Counted from the stretch's first letter, positions 47,831-58,781 are shown. The stretch is DNA of 64,000 bases from Pyrinomonadaceae bacterium (GCA_037723965.1 JBBJOS010000002.1:15488-79487), one strand, 5' to 3'. Program-made: numbers and translations. The notes: a model not told the origin generated them from the sequence alone.

Positions 47831-48108
47831 TCAGCGGACGCGGACTCACCGATTTTTAACAGAACTTAGGAAGACGTGTGTCGAAAACTTAAATTAAGAT
47901 TAAGGGAATTAAAACTGCGGAATTATAATGCCCATTCGACCGGAAAACAAATGTAACAATGTTAAATCTTTAGGCTTTGCAAAGACGGAGCAGGCCGATT
48001 GTTCACTTCGGCCTTTCAGTGTTACGATAGGTTGCTTTCCCACCGTTTTTAGCAGCGAAAGAACCAGTAATTTATTTCAGTCCAACCATTTTCGAAGGAG
48101 TTTAATCT

Positions 48109-48360
48109 ATGCTTTGGAAGATAGTGCTTGTTTTAGGAATTTTAGGCGTATTGCTAGGTGTCCTTGTTACGGGAATTTCTGTGGCCTTACCCATTGTTAA
48201 CGGCCCTAATACCAGTTGGGAAGAAGCCATGTATGGAATTATACCGGGCTCGGTGGTTTTAGTACTATCGTTTCCCATTTTCCTGCTCGGATTGATATTC
48301 GTTCTGAAAAACCGGAAGAAAAATAAACAGGCCGCAATTCCACAGCAGTTTGGCTCATAA
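48109..48360 (+). CDS. small two-TM membrane protein
   Basis: The AGGAG Shine-Dalgarno lies 8 nt upstream. 83 aa with two hydrophobic helices and a basic tail. Confidence 0.65.
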   Translation: MLWKIVLVLGILGVLLGVLVTGISVALPIVNGPNTSWEEAMYGIIPGSVVLVLSFPIFLLGLIFVLKNRKKNKQAAIPQQFGS

Positions 48361-49447
48361 TAGTTTGAAAGCTTTTAAGATAAGAGACATAGAAATTTGC
48401 CCGCCGCTTATTCTCTCGCCGATGGCGGGAGTGACGGATTATACCTTTCGCCGGCTGATCAAGCGGCGGGGCGGTGTCGGTCTGGTGGTTTCGGAGTTTA
48501 TTTCGGTTGAGGGTTTGACGCGGCATAATCCGAAGTCGAAACGGCAGATGCATTTTGCCGAGGAAGAGCGGCCTTTTGCCGTTCAGATCTTCGGAGGTCA
48601 GCCAGAGCGGATGGCGATGGGCGCGGAGATGGCGCAGGAGGTCGGCGCGGATATTCTGGATGTCAATTGCGGCTGCCCGGCCCCGAAGGTTGTGAAAAAC
48701 GGCGGCGGCTCGGGATTGCTGCGGGATTTGCCGCGGCTCGAAACGATACTAAAAGAAATAAAAAAGACGATCACGATCCCGCTGACGCTAAAACTGCGGA
48801 CCGGTTTTTCCGAATCGACGATCAATGTCGTCGATGTGGCGAAAATGGCCGAGCAATGCGGCGTCGAGCATATTCAAGTACACGGCCGCACAAAAGAACA
48901 GGGCTACAAAGGCCTTGCGAATTGGGAATTGATCAGGCAGGTCAAACAGGCCGTGACTATTCCAGTGTCAGGAAACGGCGATATCACATCCATCGAATCC
49001 GGAATGCAGCGGTGGCGCGATTCGGGAACCGATGGCATTTTGATCGGGCGCGGCGCGATGCAGAATCCATGGATATTCCGCCAGTTTCGCGACGTTCTGG
49101 AAGGCCGCGAGCCATACCAGCCTGACCTTAATGAAAAAAAAGATGTTCTGCTGGAATTTTTTGTTATGCTTCGGGAAGAGATGCCGGAGATCGTCGCTCT
49201 CGGCAAAATGAAGCAACTCGCCGGGCAGTTTACAAAGGGATTGGTTGGCGGCGCGCAGTTTCGCCAGACGCTCTACCATTCACACTCGGCTGACGAGATA
49301 TTGGATAACATTACGATATACTTCAACACATTGGCGGCCGGCAGTGAATACGGTGATGGAATCATCGAATCAGATGTCCCAGCTATCGATTCATGCGATT
49401 CTTTCACATCTGCCCCAGAAGCCAGCCAGGCCGCGGAAGCGGTTTAA
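48350..49447 (+). CDS. dus: tRNA-dihydrouridine synthase
   Basis: LILSPMAGVTD..., VDVNCGCP and ...HGRT are Dus/TIM-barrel signatures. 365 aa. Confidence 0.9.
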   Translation: MAHNSLKAFKIRDIEICPPLILSPMAGVTDYTFRRLIKRRGGVGLVVSEFISVEGLTRHNPKSKRQMHFAEEERPFAVQIFGGQPERMAMGAEMAQEVGADILDVNCGCPAPKVVKNGGGSGLLRDLPRLETILKEIKKTITIPLTLKLRTGFSESTINVVDVAKMAEQCGVEHIQVHGRTKEQGYKGLANWELIRQVKQAVTIPVSGNGDITSIESGMQRWRDSGTDGILIGRGAMQNPWIFRQFRDVLEGREPYQPDLNEKKDVLLEFFVMLREEMPEIVALGKMKQLAGQFTKGLVGGAQFRQTLYHSHSADEILDNITIYFNTLAAGSEYGDGIIESDVPAIDSCDSFTSAPEASQAAEAV

Positions 49448-49482
49448 CCGGTTGTCAATTTTGGCGGAATCAGGAGAACTTA

Positions 49483-50346
49483 ATGAAAAGGGAATTTACA
49501 AAAATCTCGCACTATATATTTGTTGTTTTTGCGGTAACAGCTTTCGGATTCACGACAGGTATCGGACAGGATTTGAAGGCAGAGGAAATTATCGCCAAAC
49601 ATCTCGAATCGATCGGCACCAAGGAAAAGCTAGCCGGAATCAAGAACCGCCTTGTGATGGGTGCCAGTTCCTTCGAATCAAAACTTCCGTCAAAAAGGAC
49701 CGGCGGCAAGGCTTTGATCGTGTCGGAAGGCACAAATTTATATTTCATCGCCAGCTTCGCGTCAAAAGAGTACCCGTTTGAAAAGATCGGCTATTTTAAC
49801 GATAAGATCAGCCTGCCTTATGTAACGTCCGGCAAGCGCTCGCCGCTTGGAGCATTTATCGCCGATCACGAGAAACTTTTGAGTGACGGTATAATGACCG
49901 GAAGCATGTCCAACACTTGGGCATTAATCAACTGGCAGAAGGGCAAGGCTGACATCAAATCCGGCGGGACGAAAAAAATCGACGGACGCAAAGCGTATGT
50001 TCTGGATTATTTTCCAAAAAGCGGCGGATCGGGAGAATTTTCAATTAAAATGTTTTTCGATGCTGAGACGTTTCAGCATATCCGCACTGAATATAGGCAT
50101 GAGATTGCGTCCGCACAAGATACTTTCGGCCGGCTCGGACGCCAGGGCGGACTTAAGTTGCAGCTGACTGAAGATTTCGCTGACTTTAAGGCTGCCGGGG
50201 GACTTATGCTTCCGCATAGCTATAAATTGAACTATCAGACGGATAGCAACAGCGGCACATTCGAGTATATTTGGGGAATTGCCGTAACGCAGTATGTGTT
50301 CAACCGAAAGCTGGAAGAGAATTTTTTCACTTTTGAAGCAAACTAA
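49483..50346 (+). CDS. secreted protein of unknown function (LolA-like fold suspected)
   Basis: The ATG at 49483 follows an AGGAG Shine-Dalgarno. It has a signal anchor and a beta-rich body. Confidence 0.65.
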   Translation: MKREFTKISHYIFVVFAVTAFGFTTGIGQDLKAEEIIAKHLESIGTKEKLAGIKNRLVMGASSFESKLPSKRTGGKALIVSEGTNLYFIASFASKEYPFEKIGYFNDKISLPYVTSGKRSPLGAFIADHEKLLSDGIMTGSMSNTWALINWQKGKADIKSGGTKKIDGRKAYVLDYFPKSGGSGEFSIKMFFDAETFQHIRTEYRHEIASAQDTFGRLGRQGGLKLQLTEDFADFKAAGGLMLPHSYKLNYQTDSNSGTFEYIWGIAVTQYVFNRKLEENFFTFEAN

Positions 50347-50354
50347 ATATTCCG

Positions 50355-50819
50355 ATGAGCCAAATCCGACTGCTTTCTATCATATTTTGCCTGCTGCTAT
50401 TTTCGTCTGCGGTGTTTTCCCAAAATCCGGTCCAGGGAGCGGTGAATAAAATTGTTTTAGAAAATGCCGGCGTGCAGCGTTCTTCGCCGGCGTATGCCGA
50501 AGTTGTGCTGCGTCGTACGGAACTAACTGCGGAACTAGAATCGCTACTGCTCGAATACACGGAAGATTACCCAAAAGTTGCGGAAATGCGGTATTCGCTG
50601 GCGATTTTACAGAAGGATCGTGAAAGGATCTTGGCGGTTAAAGCCGCTGAATCAATAAAATTAACACTTGCCTTGGGCAAATTGATGGTCCGAAGAGCGG
50701 AACTGGAAACCGAACTCTGGCAGTTGCTTAAAATTTATAAGGAAGAACATCCGGATGTTAAAAGGGCTAAGCGGAAGGTAGAGATATATGAATCGGGGAT
50801 AAAGGACATTTTAGGGTAA
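50355..50819 (+). CDS. secreted coiled-coil protein
   Basis: Signal peptide MSQIRLLSIIFCLLLFSSAVFSQ. The helical repeats include RRTELTAELESLLLEY and RRAELETELWQLLKIY. Confidence 0.6.
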   Translation: MSQIRLLSIIFCLLLFSSAVFSQNPVQGAVNKIVLENAGVQRSSPAYAEVVLRRTELTAELESLLLEYTEDYPKVAEMRYSLAILQKDRERILAVKAAESIKLTLALGKLMVRRAELETELWQLLKIYKEEHPDVKRAKRKVEIYESGIKDILG

Positions 50820-51092
50820 TCGTTCTTCGTCCTGCAGCAGCTCGTCCGAAATAATATTATACAGGCTCTCGGAATCGCCTTTCGACATCTGTTTTTTGTC
50901 AGGTACAATTTCGACCGCGATTTTCGTAAGTCGATTACGACGTTTTATTTCGATCTCGTCGCCTGCCTTGATCTCTTTTGAAGATTTAGCCGGAGCATCA
51001 TTTACCTTCACGAGTCCCGCATCGCAAAAATCCTGCGCCAAGCTTCGCCGCTGGATCAGCCGACTGATTTTCAAGAAAATATCGAGTCGCAT
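50811..51092 (-). CDS. S4-domain RNA-binding protein (Hsp15/YlmH-like)
   Basis: MRLDIFLKISRLIQRRSLAQDFCDAGLVKVNDAPAKSSKEIKAGDEIEI is the canonical S4 motif. Confidence 0.8.
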   Translation of the reverse strand: MRLDIFLKISRLIQRRSLAQDFCDAGLVKVNDAPAKSSKEIKAGDEIEIKRRNRLTKIAVEIVPDKKQMSKGDSESLYNIISDELLQDEERLP

Positions 51093-51119
51093 TTGTTCAA
51101 TTGTCAGTTTTCAACTGTC

Positions 51120-52178
51120 TTACTGCTTGTTATCCGTTGTCGATTTACGTTCCTCGGCAAAAAGGATCGGAGCGACTTGTGCACGGTAATTTTCGTTTAT
51201 CTTTATGTAAGAATTCCCGCGGACGGTTGACATGAATTTCTTGCGCGCTTCCGGTTCTTTTTCAGTCAGAATCGCCAGCCGAACGGCGTTTTCATTATAA
51301 AATGATTCGCTGCTGGCCTGCGAACGCTCGTCCACTCTTAAAATATTAATGCCGACCTGATCGACCTCAATCGGGTCTGAATAGCCGCCTAATTTAACGT
51401 TCTTAATAGCCGCCGCATATTTTGGATCAAGTTCTTTAATGGTTAAAGTATCAACTTTGCCTTTTGTCTGGGTGGCATTGGGGCGGTCGGAGTTTTCAAC
51501 GACTAGCTTATTAAAATCCGCTCCGCCGCGTAACTGAGAAACAAGCAGTTTCGCTTTTTCACGAACGGCGGCCTCAGTATTTCCCGCAAAGCTAAGAAAT
51601 ATCTCGCTTACAGAAACCGTTTCCGGCTTCGTAAACCGCGCCTTGTTCTTTTCAAAGTAAGCTTTCAGCTCCGCAGCCTGCGGTTCCCAATAAACTTTTG
51701 ACTGTACTTCTTTTTGCAGCACCATATCTCGCGTTGCTTGTTTGCGCCACAGTTCGCGTATCTCCTCCCGGTTTACGCCGGTTTTTTCCATCTCCGCGTA
51801 AAGGACATCGAGCGTTTTATAGTTATTTTCCTTCATGATCTGAAGAAAACGCTGGTTTAAAGTGGCTTCGATTTCAGAGTCAAGGCCTAATTCCTTTGCT
51901 TTTTGGATCAGAAGCTCTTCGTTAATTAAATTCGCTATCAACTCGCCTCTTCTTTCGTCGACGAGTTTTTGTGCTTCTTCGCGGGGCTTGCCTTCCTGGA
52001 CCTGCGCATCGACAATGCTTTTTACCTCACGTTTGACGCGTGAAAGAGTGATAACGCCGTCATTGACCTGGGCAACGACCTCATCGACCACACGCTCTTC
52101 GGTCTCTTGCGCGGAAACGGAAATACCAACCAAAAATAATGATGCCAAAAAGAAAAATTTCGGACCAAACTGTCTCAT
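51120..52178 (-). CDS. SurA/PrsA-like periplasmic chaperone with a parvulin-type PPIase domain
   Basis: It has a signal peptide, a SurA_N-like helical region and a PpiC-like segment (VSEIFL...GGADFNKLV...). Confidence 0.8.
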   Translation of the reverse strand: MRQFGPKFFFLASLFLVGISVSAQETEERVVDEVVAQVNDGVITLSRVKREVKSIVDAQVQEGKPREEAQKLVDERRGELIANLINEELLIQKAKELGLDSEIEATLNQRFLQIMKENNYKTLDVLYAEMEKTGVNREEIRELWRKQATRDMVLQKEVQSKVYWEPQAAELKAYFEKNKARFTKPETVSVSEIFLSFAGNTEAAVREKAKLLVSQLRGGADFNKLVVENSDRPNATQTKGKVDTLTIKELDPKYAAAIKNVKLGGYSDPIEVDQVGINILRVDERSQASSESFYNENAVRLAILTEKEPEARKKFMSTVRGNSYIKINENYRAQVAPILFAEERKSTTDNKQ

Positions 52179-52360
52179 TCGTTACTCCTAAAAATCGATT
52201 TCACCTATGGTATGCTTCGAATATGTATTTTGCAAACAGAACCTATGATGCACAAAAGCCGTTTCAAGTTTCTTTTTGACTTTCGTGAAATCGCCCATTT
52301 GTTCAAACTTTATAGATAATAGCAGGGTTTATGCAAAACTTTGCCCGCGCCGCAACCAAC

Positions 52361-53011
52361 ATGAAATGCCCGAACTGCAAACTCGTTAACTACGCCGATT
52401 CTGAATCGTGTGTCCGCTGCAGCTATGATCTGGCGGGATCGGTAAGTGTCGAATCAGGAAACGGGATGCAAAAATCTAATCTGATGCGAAGAGCGGTTAT
52501 TTGCCTGTTGGTTTGCATAGCAGCGATTGTGGGCTTTTATACTACGCTCGTTTTTTCGGCTTTACCGCTTACATCAGAAGAAAAACGGAAAACGCAGGAC
52601 GCGATCCGTATTCTCGAAGAAAAAGGTTTTTCAAAAGAGGTCTTTTTATTAAAACGTTTAGCCGCATTTCGCAGCAACGACAATTGGTTGAACGCCTCAG
52701 TAGAAAAGGAAAATGCTTACGCCGCTACAAATTTTCCTTTTGAGATCGTTACCCTTTATCCGGATTTTTTTACTTTTCCGGTAGATGACACGGAGCGTGC
52801 CGCCATCCTGTTGCATGAAGCCCAGCATTTAATGGGCGAAGATGAAAAGTCCGCTTATGAATTCGTCTGGAAAAACCGGAAAAAGCTCGGCTGGGCCGGT
52901 GAGAATTATAGGAATTCCGTGATCCTGACCGCAGTCCGCAAACAAACGAAAGAACTTGCGCCGCTGCTGTTCGTCTGTGACGTAAATCCTGACGGAGACT
53001 GTATCGAGTAA
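52361..53011 (+). CDS. zinc-ribbon membrane protein with an HExxH motif
   Basis: MKCPNCKLVNYADSESCVRC, one TM helix, and LLHEAQH (HExxH). Confidence 0.6.
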   Translation: MKCPNCKLVNYADSESCVRCSYDLAGSVSVESGNGMQKSNLMRRAVICLLVCIAAIVGFYTTLVFSALPLTSEEKRKTQDAIRILEEKGFSKEVFLLKRLAAFRSNDNWLNASVEKENAYAATNFPFEIVTLYPDFFTFPVDDTERAAILLHEAQHLMGEDEKSAYEFVWKNRKKLGWAGENYRNSVILTAVRKQTKELAPLLFVCDVNPDGDCIE

Positions 53012-53077
53012 GAATTGCTTAAACTCAAAAGGGCTAAAAATGAGAATCTTTTCTGTACTTTCTGCGCCTTTTTTCGG

Positions 53078-56000
53078 CTAATTAATTCTTATCTCGTCCA
53101 AACACCGCTTTGCCGCCTCAATTGGATTTTCCGAACCGCTTATTACCCGCAAAATTCCTGATGGTGAAAATACGGCACCTTCATTTTCGCCAAGAAACTG
53201 CATAAGCTTTTCCGGTGCGATTTTCGCATTTTCACCGAGTTTTACCGCAAAACCGTCTGCTGTTTTATCGATTGACAAAAGGTGCAGCTTCTCAGCCAAT
53301 TTCCGCAATCGACCATACGCGAATAGATTCTCGACCGATCCGGGGATTTTGCCATAGCGGTCCTCGATCTCCTGATGGATCTGTCCAAGAGCCGAATCGG
53401 ACTCGGCGGACGAAATGCGTTTGTAGGTGCGGAGACGCTGATTTGTGTCCTGAATATAATCCTTTGGGATCGAGACATCGACGCCTAAGTTTATCGAGAC
53501 ATTTGTTTCGTCCGCAATCTCATCGCCGCGAATCTCGGCGATCGTCCGTTCGAGCATCTTTGTGTAAAGATCGAATCCGAGAGCGTCCAACTGCCCGGAT
53601 TGCTGCCCGCCAAGAATGTTTCCCGCACCACGAAGTTCCAAATCCAGAGCGGCGATACGGAATCCGGCACCGAGGTCGGAGAATTCGCGAATAGCGCTGA
53701 GGCGTTTTCGGGCAATCGGCGTCAGCTCCAATTCGCTTGGAATTAATAAATACGAATAGGCACGCCGGTTCGAACGGCCAACGCGGCCGCGAAGTTGGTA
53801 AAGCTGCGACAGGCCGTAATTATCGGCTCGGTTGATGATGATCGTATTCGCCCGCGGAATATCGATGCCATTTTCGATGATCGTCGTCGCCACCAGAATA
53901 TCGTATTTATAATCAATAAAATCGAGCATCACCTGCTCCATTTCCTTTTCGTTCATTTGCCCATGGCCGATGGCGATGCGGGCGTTCGGGACGATCTTTT
54001 GGACGAGAGCCGCTATAGCTTCGATGGTTTCGACGCGGTTATGGATGAAAAAAACCTGGCCGTAGCGGGCGAGCTCGAGCTCGATTGCCGATTTAATAAC
54101 GCCTTCGCCGAATTGCACGACCTGCGTGTTGATCGCCAAACGGTCACGCGGCGGCGTTTCGATCACCGACATATCACGCATTCCGAGCAGCGACATATTC
54201 AATGTTCGCGGGATCGGCGTCGCTGACAGCGTCAACACATCGACCTTTTTTTTCAGATGTTTAAGCTTTTCCTTGTGAGCGACTCCAAAACGCTGTTCTT
54301 CATCGACCACAACGAGGCCGAGCTTCGGCATTATCACATCATTTGAGAGCACGCGGTGAGTGCCGATGACCACATCGACATCGCCTTTCTCGGCACGTTC
54401 GATGACGGATTTCTGCTCTTTCGGCGAACGGAATCGCGACAGTAATTCGAGGCTAACCGGAAACGCCGAGAAGCGTTTGGAGAACGATTCGAAGTGCTGA
54501 TAGGCGAGAATCGTTGTCGGCGTCAAAATCGCGACCTGTTTTCCGTCCATGACTGCTTTAAACGCGGCTCGCATCGCAACTTCCGTCTTGCCGTACCCGA
54601 CATCGCCGACGATTAGCCGGTCCATGGGCGTCGCGGTTTCCATGTCGCTTTTTACGTCTTCGATGGCGGCCGCCTGATCGACTGTCAGTTCGTACGGAAA
54701 CGAATCTTCGAATTCGTGCTGCCACGGAGCGTCGGGCGAAAAGGCAAAACCGGTGACGAGTTTTCTTTCAGCGTAAAGCCGCAGAAGCTCGTCGGCCATA
54801 TCGCGCATCGCGCGTTTTGCTTTAGCCTTTGTTTTCTGCCAGCCGATGCCGCCGAGGCGTTCGAGTGTCGGCGTTGACGCTTCGCCGGATGAAAACCGCG
54901 ACACCAGATCGAGCCGTTCGACCGGGACGAAAAGCTTGGCGTCGTCGGCATAAATAAGCAGGACGAATTCACGCGAAACGCCGCCGGTTTCTATTGTCTG
55001 CAAACCTTCGAATCGCCCGATGCCGTGATCGACGTGGACAACGTAATCGCCCGGTTTCAGATCGCGAAAATCGGAGATAAAGGCTCCGAGCTTGCTCTTA
55101 CTCGTTCGCGTCTGGACCTTCTTTTTCGGAACTTCGCCCTGATGCGTTTCACCGAAAATATCGGTTTCAGCGAAAACAATCAGGTTCGCCGAAGGCAGCT
55201 CAAAACCGCCCGAATGATCCCCGACGACGATGGATTCGGGTGGAAACGGGACATTGTATTCACGCAGAATCTCTTCAAGCCGCTCGGCCAGGCCAAGAGT
55301 TTGCAAAAGGATCAGCGTATTTGCCTCAGGATTCAGCGAGCCGGCAAAGGTAGGAATGTCGCCGTGGAATTTACGCGTGGAACGGGATTGGATACTGAAT
55401 TCAGGAGCTTTTTCGACAGCCGGAAATAGAAACAATGGAGCACGAGGTGCGTTGTCAGGGTCAGAACCGGAAGCGGTAGCGACTGGGTTCTTATCGTCAG
55501 CGAGCAAAGCCCCGGTCGCTACCGCTCCCGGTTCTGACAAGCCGCTTGCTGATAATCCAAACTCTTCATCGGTTACGCCTGCTATTTTACCGAGCGATCT
55601 TAATTCCAAACGGGAAACTTTTCCGAGCTTGTCCTGCAGCTCCGTCGGCTTCAGATACAAATGATGCGGTTCCAACCCAATATCATCCGCATTCGAAATT
55701 TCCGCCAGCCGCCGATCCGCGGTTTCGTAGATGTTGGAAAGGTGCTGTTCGATCAACGACGGTTCGTCGATTACGAAAATACAGTCTTTAACATAATCGA
55801 AAACGCTGCCACCGAGCGGTTTTACGAGAGGAAAAAGAAATTCCCAGCCGGAAAAAGATTCGCCTTCGTCTGCGAAATCGGTGCGGTCTTTGACGTTCCG
55901 GGCAAAGTGGTCATCGGGAAAAGCTTCGCGGGCAAAGAATGCCCAATCGCGGAAATCCTGCGGTGAAGCGGAAAATTCACGCATCGGTGCGATCGAAACC

Positions 56001-56671
56001 TCCTTCATCTGCTCGGTCGAAAGCTGCGTTTCCGGATCGAATGCCCGGATCGAATCCACCGTGTCACCGAAAAATTCTATCCGCAGCGGTGCCGGCGAAT
56101 CCGGCGACCAGACATCGATAATGCCGCCGCGAACCGAGAACTGGCCGATATTATTCAGCGGCTCTTCGCGGACGTAACCGGCGGAAACGAGTTTTTCGAT
56201 AAGCTTTTCGGGTGCAAAATCTTCGTCGCGGCGGAGAATTGCACCGAGTTGTAATACCTCCGTCGGCTTAATTGTTCGTGTAATAAGCGATTTTGCCGGA
56301 AGCACGGTAAAGGCCGCCGTTTCACGGGCAAGCCGCCATAACGCGAGAGCACGCCGTTCCTGTGTTTCGGCGTGCGGTGAGACGCCGGAATAAATGTCGG
56401 TTTCAAACGACGGCAGGGAAACGAGTTTGGAGTCAGATCTTGTCGAACTCCAAAATCCGAGATCGCATTCCCACGATTCAAGCTCATTGTTCGAGTCGGT
56501 CACAACGACAAAGCTTTTGCCTGTTTGGGCTTGAACCTTCGACAGGACAAAAGCCTTCGCGGCAATCGACGTAATTCCGCTCAGCGAAATCACGCGTGTT
56601 CCGCGATTCACTTCATCTATGATCCGCCCAATTTCCGCACTTGTTTCTATCTCGAAGTTCATAAAACGCAC
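53078..56671 (-). CDS. mfd: transcription-repair coupling factor
   Basis: It has a UvrB-homology N-terminus and a CarD/RID-like segment (GDYVVHVDHGIGRF). The helicase motifs are GDVGYGKTEVA and DEEQRFGV. A TRG region is present. The start may be the Met at 56662. Confidence 0.95.
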   Translation of the reverse strand: MRFMNFEIETSAEIGRIIDEVNRGTRVISLSGITSIAAKAFVLSKVQAQTGKSFVVVTDSNNELESWECDLGFWSSTRSDSKLVSLPSFETDIYSGVSPHAETQERRALALWRLARETAAFTVLPAKSLITRTIKPTEVLQLGAILRRDEDFAPEKLIEKLVSAGYVREEPLNNIGQFSVRGGIIDVWSPDSPAPLRIEFFGDTVDSIRAFDPETQLSTEQMKEVSIAPMREFSASPQDFRDWAFFAREAFPDDHFARNVKDRTDFADEGESFSGWEFLFPLVKPLGGSVFDYVKDCIFVIDEPSLIEQHLSNIYETADRRLAEISNADDIGLEPHHLYLKPTELQDKLGKVSRLELRSLGKIAGVTDEEFGLSASGLSEPGAVATGALLADDKNPVATASGSDPDNAPRAPLFLFPAVEKAPEFSIQSRSTRKFHGDIPTFAGSLNPEANTLILLQTLGLAERLEEILREYNVPFPPESIVVGDHSGGFELPSANLIVFAETDIFGETHQGEVPKKKVQTRTSKSKLGAFISDFRDLKPGDYVVHVDHGIGRFEGLQTIETGGVSREFVLLIYADDAKLFVPVERLDLVSRFSSGEASTPTLERLGGIGWQKTKAKAKRAMRDMADELLRLYAERKLVTGFAFSPDAPWQHEFEDSFPYELTVDQAAAIEDVKSDMETATPMDRLIVGDVGYGKTEVAMRAAFKAVMDGKQVAILTPTTILAYQHFESFSKRFSAFPVSLELLSRFRSPKEQKSVIERAEKGDVDVVIGTHRVLSNDVIMPKLGLVVVDEEQRFGVAHKEKLKHLKKKVDVLTLSATPIPRTLNMSLLGMRDMSVIETPPRDRLAINTQVVQFGEGVIKSAIELELARYGQVFFIHNRVETIEAIAALVQKIVPNARIAIGHGQMNEKEMEQVMLDFIDYKYDILVATTIIENGIDIPRANTIIINRADNYGLSQLYQLRGRVGRSNRRAYSYLLIPSELELTPIARKRLSAIREFSDLGAGFRIAALDLELRGAGNILGGQQSGQLDALGFDLYTKMLERTIAEIRGDEIADETNVSINLGVDVSIPKDYIQDTNQRLRTYKRISSAESDSALGQIHQEIEDRYGKIPGSVENLFAYGRLRKLAEKLHLLSIDKTADGFAVKLGENAKIAPEKLMQFLGENEGAVFSPSGILRVISGSENPIEAAKRCLDEIRIN
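55460..55538. repeat. 27-bp-arm palindromic element embedded in the mfd coding sequence
   Basis: gtcagaaccggaagcggtagcgactgg (55460-55486) against the reverse complement of ccggtcgctaccgctcccggttctgac (55512-55538). The match is 25/27 with a 25-nt loop. Confidence 0.85.
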
Positions 56672-56872
56672 TTAGCCGCAGAAAACGCTTTCGCGTTCGC
56701 CTGCGGGCATTTATATTGTGTCATAAAATACAAAGTGAGTCAGTATTAGGTTTACTCACTTCCTTCGCGGCTTTGCGTGAAATCAGTTTTTCGGATTTTC
56801 ACGCGAAGCCGCAAAGTTACGCAAAGAAGAATAAGAAAAAGGTTGAAACTGAGTTTTTGCAAATGCGAATGT

Positions 56873-56901
56873 TTGCCGTGCAGTGCCCGCTTATCTATAA
56901 T
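56873..56901 (+). promoter_or_regulatory. sigma70-like promoter for lysS
   Basis: TTGCCG (56873-56878), a 17-nt spacer, then TATAAT (56896-56901). It lies 27 nt upstream of the ATG. Confidence 0.4.
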
Positions 56902-56927
56902 CAAAACTTTAACTTAACGAACAAATT

Positions 56928-58781
56928 ATGCAGATTCCTGAATACGACGAAATTGTCGAACCGAACGATCAGACTTTGGCCCGCCGCGAGCATCTTGAGA
57001 AGCTTCGCGAGCTTATCGGCAATGTTTACCCGAATAAATTCGACCGCAGCACGATCACCGGCGGCATCGATACGATCACGGATATTCTGGCATTCGAGCC
57101 AGTCGCGGAGATCGTTCGCGAGATAAAAGAAGTTGTCTCAAAATTGCAGGAACGCGAGCGGCCCGATCCGGAATTGAAGGAGGCATTGAACGCGAAACTG
57201 AGGGAATTCGGCAACGTCCGCATATCGGGAAGGCTAGCCGTGCCGCCGCGCGTGATGGGCAAAGCGGCGTTTGTGCATTTAAGTGACGGAGTGTCGCGGC
57301 TGCAGGTGTATGTCCGGCGAGATGATGTAATAGGCGTGCATAACGTTGCAGCCGCCGCTGCCGATCCGAGCGGCTGGGAGATTTTCCAGCTTCTCGACCA
57401 TGGCGATTTCATCGGCGTTGACGGCTATTTATTTATTACAAACACCGGCGAATTAAGCGTCCATGTCGAAAAACTCCAGTTCCTTTCAAAGGCGATGGTG
57501 CCGATGCCGGACAAGATGCACGGCATTGCCGACCCTGAATTGCAGCGGCGTTTTCGTTACGCCGACCTGATCGCGGCGAGCCTGCAAAACAAGACTGACG
57601 AAGAAATTGAAGAGGAAAAGAGAACCGGCGTTAAGAAGCTGACGACGCGTGAAGTCTTCGAACGCCGTGCCAAGCTCATCACCGGAATGCGGCGGTTCCT
57701 CGACGACGCGGGCTTTATCGAGGTCGAAACGCCGATGCTCACGCCGAAGGCGACCGGTGCTGCCGCGACACCGTTCGAAACGCATCACAACGCTCTTGAC
57801 ATCCCGCTCTACGCCCGCATCGCACCGGAACTTTACCTGAAACGGCTGACCGTCGGCGGCTTCGAAAAGGTGTACGAGTTGAACCGCAACTTCCGCAACG
57901 AAGGCCTCTCGCACAAGCACAATCCGGAATTCACGATGCTCGAATTCTACTGTGCGTACATGGATGTGAACGGGATGATGGACTTTGCGGAATCGATGAT
58001 AAAGGAAGCGGTGGCCAAAGCTAACGGCGGAAGTTTACAGGTGAAATACGGTGATAATGTAATCGATTTTTCAAGGTTTGCAAGACTGACGATGAAGGAG
58101 GCAATCGCTCAGGGCTGGACTAAAATCTTAGGAAAGTTTGGACCAGACTATTTTAATATTTCTTGGCTTGATGATCCTAGAATGAATTTTCATTTGACTA
58201 ACTACGTTTGCATCGTGGGTATCAATGAGATTCGGAATGGTTTAGAAATCTCTCAAGAAATGAAAGACATTGCCTGGAAACAAATAACGGACATGAATAT
58301 CGATTTAAACAGACAAATCGGAGATTCAGACATAGTTAATTCGGCTCAAAGTCTTGTGTTTCTGTTTGACGAACTTGCTGAGAGAAATTTAACCAATCCG
58401 ACCTTCATTGTCGATTATCCAAAATCGATCTCGCCGCTTTCAAAAGCTTCGCCGGATGATCCGAACATCGCTGAGCGGTTCGAGTTGTTTATCAACGGAA
58501 TGGAGATCGCGAACGGGTTTTCGGAGCTTAACGATCCGTTCGAGCAGTACGAGCGTTTTCGCGATCAGATGAACGAACGCGAGGGCGGCGACGAGGAGGC
58601 GATGATTATGGACGAAGATTACATTCGTGCTCTCGCCTACGGAATGCCGCCGGCAGCGGGAATCGGGATCGGCATCGACCGGCTTGTAATGCTGCTTACC
58701 AACAAGCATTCGATCCGCGATGTAATATTGTTTCCGCACATGCGGCCGGAACGAAGGGACGCGGGGAAAGCGGAAGAATAA
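56928..58781 (+). CDS. lysS: lysine--tRNA ligase, class II (expanded)
   Basis: It has an OB-fold anticodon-binding domain. Motif 2/3 context is FIEVETPML...[20 protein letters not shown]...[14 protein letters not shown]. At 617 aa it is about 100 aa longer than E. coli LysS. Confidence 0.95.
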   Translation: MQIPEYDEIVEPNDQTLARREHLEKLRELIGNVYPNKFDRSTITGGIDTITDILAFEPVAEIVREIKEVVSKLQERERPDPELKEALNAKLREFGNVRISGRLAVPPRVMGKAAFVHLSDGVSRLQVYVRRDDVIGVHNVAAAAADPSGWEIFQLLDHGDFIGVDGYLFITNTGELSVHVEKLQFLSKAMVPMPDKMHGIADPELQRRFRYADLIAASLQNKTDEEIEEEKRTGVKKLTTREVFERRAKLITGMRRFLDDAGFIEVETPMLTPKATGAAATPFETHHNALDIPLYARIAPELYLKRLTVGGFEKVYELNRNFRNEGLSHKHNPEFTMLEFYCAYMDVNGMMDFAESMIKEAVAKANGGSLQVKYGDNVIDFSRFARLTMKEAIAQGWTKILGKFGPDYFNISWLDDPRMNFHLTNYVCIVGINEIRNGLEISQEMKDIAWKQITDMNIDLNRQIGDSDIVNSAQSLVFLFDELAERNLTNPTFIVDYPKSISPLSKASPDDPNIAERFELFINGMEIANGFSELNDPFEQYERFRDQMNEREGGDEEAMIMDEDYIRALAYGMPPAAGIGIGIDRLVMLLTNKHSIRDVILFPHMRPERRDAGKAEE

